64,000 bases of DNA. It comes from the human T2T-CHM13v2.0 reference genome, Homo sapiens. The translations under genes were made by a program, and so were the position numbers. This document shows, one piece after another, positions 53,781-64,000 of this stretch. Below the pieces are notes generated by a model that saw only the letters and a program-made list of their open reading frames with translations, was not told the DNA's origin and did no database searches. The stretch lies in NCBI RefSeq assembly GCF_009914755.1, contig NC_060935.1. One strand, written 5' to 3'. How positions within the stretch are numbered: position 1 is the first letter of the stretch; each line of letters begins with the position of its first letter.

Positions 53781-54214
53781 CCTGAGAAAGCCAGTCCTGG
53801 CGCCCAGATCTTCACCTTATTCATCCATCCAGTCAGTCACGCCACCCAATAGCTGTTGCTCAATACTTATTACACGAATGAAATCTAAGGCCCACCACAT
53901 GATCCTCTGGGTGTCTCTCCTGGAATCCTCACTATAATACTTTGAGATAGATAAGAAACCAAAGTTGACAAAAATTATGTCATTGCCACAGGGCAGTTTT
54001 GTGTCCTTTCTGGACACCCGATTCCAGCATCTCTAGTGTGTCCTCTGGCCCACATTTCTTCAACAGATGACAACAGGGGTGCCAAGGAAGTGTTTTAACT
54101 ACCAGGAAATTGATTGGAAATAGTTCCTGAGCTGGGGAATTCCATGAATGCATCCCCTTCCTCCTCACAAGCACAAGCCATCCTTCTCATTTTTCCTTTA
54201 AAAAAAAAAAAAAG

Positions 54215-56232
<2,018 letters not shown>

Positions 56233-56297
56233 CTAGGGTCTGTGGCTCAGGCTAGAACTAGAATCCAGACTACCACCAGTTATTTATGGTTTATCCC

Positions 56298-56303
56298 TTT
56301 ATT
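56298..56303 (-). terminator. GANAB: GANAB polyadenylation signal
   Basis: tttatt about 965 nt past the stop, just before an Alu cluster. Confidence 0.75.
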
Positions 56304-57268
56304 GTTTCTCCTTTGATCAAAACGTGTCACAGCTGGGAACCAAGAGGAAGTAAAAAAAATACCCACAAATATTCCCCGACTCCCCATTAGTCCTCCCCCA
56401 ACCCCCCACCCAGGGCTTCCAGCCAACCCCGAGCACACATGATCATCTCCCCCCACCCTCAGGCTTCTCCTAGCAATAAATACAGGTGACCATGATTCAC
56501 TGAAACCACAACTGATTTCTCCATCTTAAGTGCCCCTCAAAGGGGACAAGAAGGGGGCAAAAGAAGTTTAATGCGCATCCCCTAAGAGGTGTGGAAACGT
56601 CTTTCTGCCGAGGGACAGAGGAGGTAGAACTGCCCCTCTAAGAATTGCAGCAGCTCTACAAGGAATCGGGGAGAGGAAAAGGGTAGAATGAGAGGGAAAA
56701 GGATGTTCTTTAGCAACCTCACTCCTTTGATCCATTCATCCTGTCCGGGGTAAGGGGTGGTCCCAGTGTATCGGTGGGGCATAAAAAGGGGAGTAAAGCC
56801 TGGAGGAAGAAATGAAAGGTGGGAGAGCAATCTGGTGGGAGGGAAGGGGAAAAGGAGCCCTAACTCATTGCCCTCATCTTCTTCCAAGAAGTGGCATCAA
56901 CATACAAGAGGCATGAATGGATAGACTCTGGGGGAGTTCAGGGCTCCTAAATAAGGGAAAGAGAAGGGGCGACAAGGGCCCTGTGGTTTCCTGGTGTTCG
57001 TAAGTGAATGTGCTCCAGTTAGAGCAACAGGATGTTGGGGGAATGAAGGGAAAGAGTTGGTATCAATGGAGTGGGAGAGGTGAGGAGATCACAAGAGGAA
57101 TTTGGAGCCCAGGGTCAGCCCTCTCATCCTGCCCAAATGTTGGCAGAATCTGGGTCTTAGACTAGCATAAGTGAAGTCTGGGGAGGGCCGAACTCCAAGG
57201 CAGAAGAAAGAATATCTCTCAGCACTAATGCTCCCCTTCCCTCCCCCTAACCCAGAACATCCCTTGGG

Positions 57269-63812
<6,544 letters not shown>

Positions 63813-64000
63813 CGTCAGCCCAGAATAGGCAATGCCTTCCCTAAGAATGTGAGTGAGCGTGTCACCTGGGAGTGATTAGGGAACTCAAATGCTGCCCACC
63901 AGGCCCACAGCCCCTTCTTAAACCCAGTCCCCAAATAGCTAATGCCCCTAGTATACCTATTTGCCTCAAGGCCTGGAAGCTTCACTCCCTCCTTTTTCCC

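Overview
Human (primate) genomic DNA from the gene-dense 11q12.3 cluster, recognised from the encoded proteins. On the minus strand are the 5' part of EEF1G (exons 1-5), complete TUT1, MTA2, EML3 and B3GAT3, and the last 15 coding exons of GANAB; ROM1 is on the plus strand. I read the exon boundaries by hand. The spliced lengths give the expected proteins (TUT1 874/912 aa, MTA2 668, EML3 896/897, ROM1 351, B3GAT3 335). Introns and intergenic DNA are rich in Alu, with MIR, L2, L1 and MaLR remnants. I see no new multi-gene system. The best leads are: a near-perfect 30-bp-stem pre-miRNA-like hairpin in a GANAB intron; a U12-type intron in EML3; an alternative EEF1G first coding exon reachable by TUT1 read-through; an isolated 5' half of tRNA-Gly(GCC); a fused inverted-Alu near-palindrome in TUT1; an Alu exon that could replace the B3GAT3 C-terminus; an out-of-frame AUG 7 nt before the ROM1 start; and a degenerate ETS-core repeat upstream of MTA2. 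Repeat family calls and comparisons with known isoforms are from memory, not database searches.
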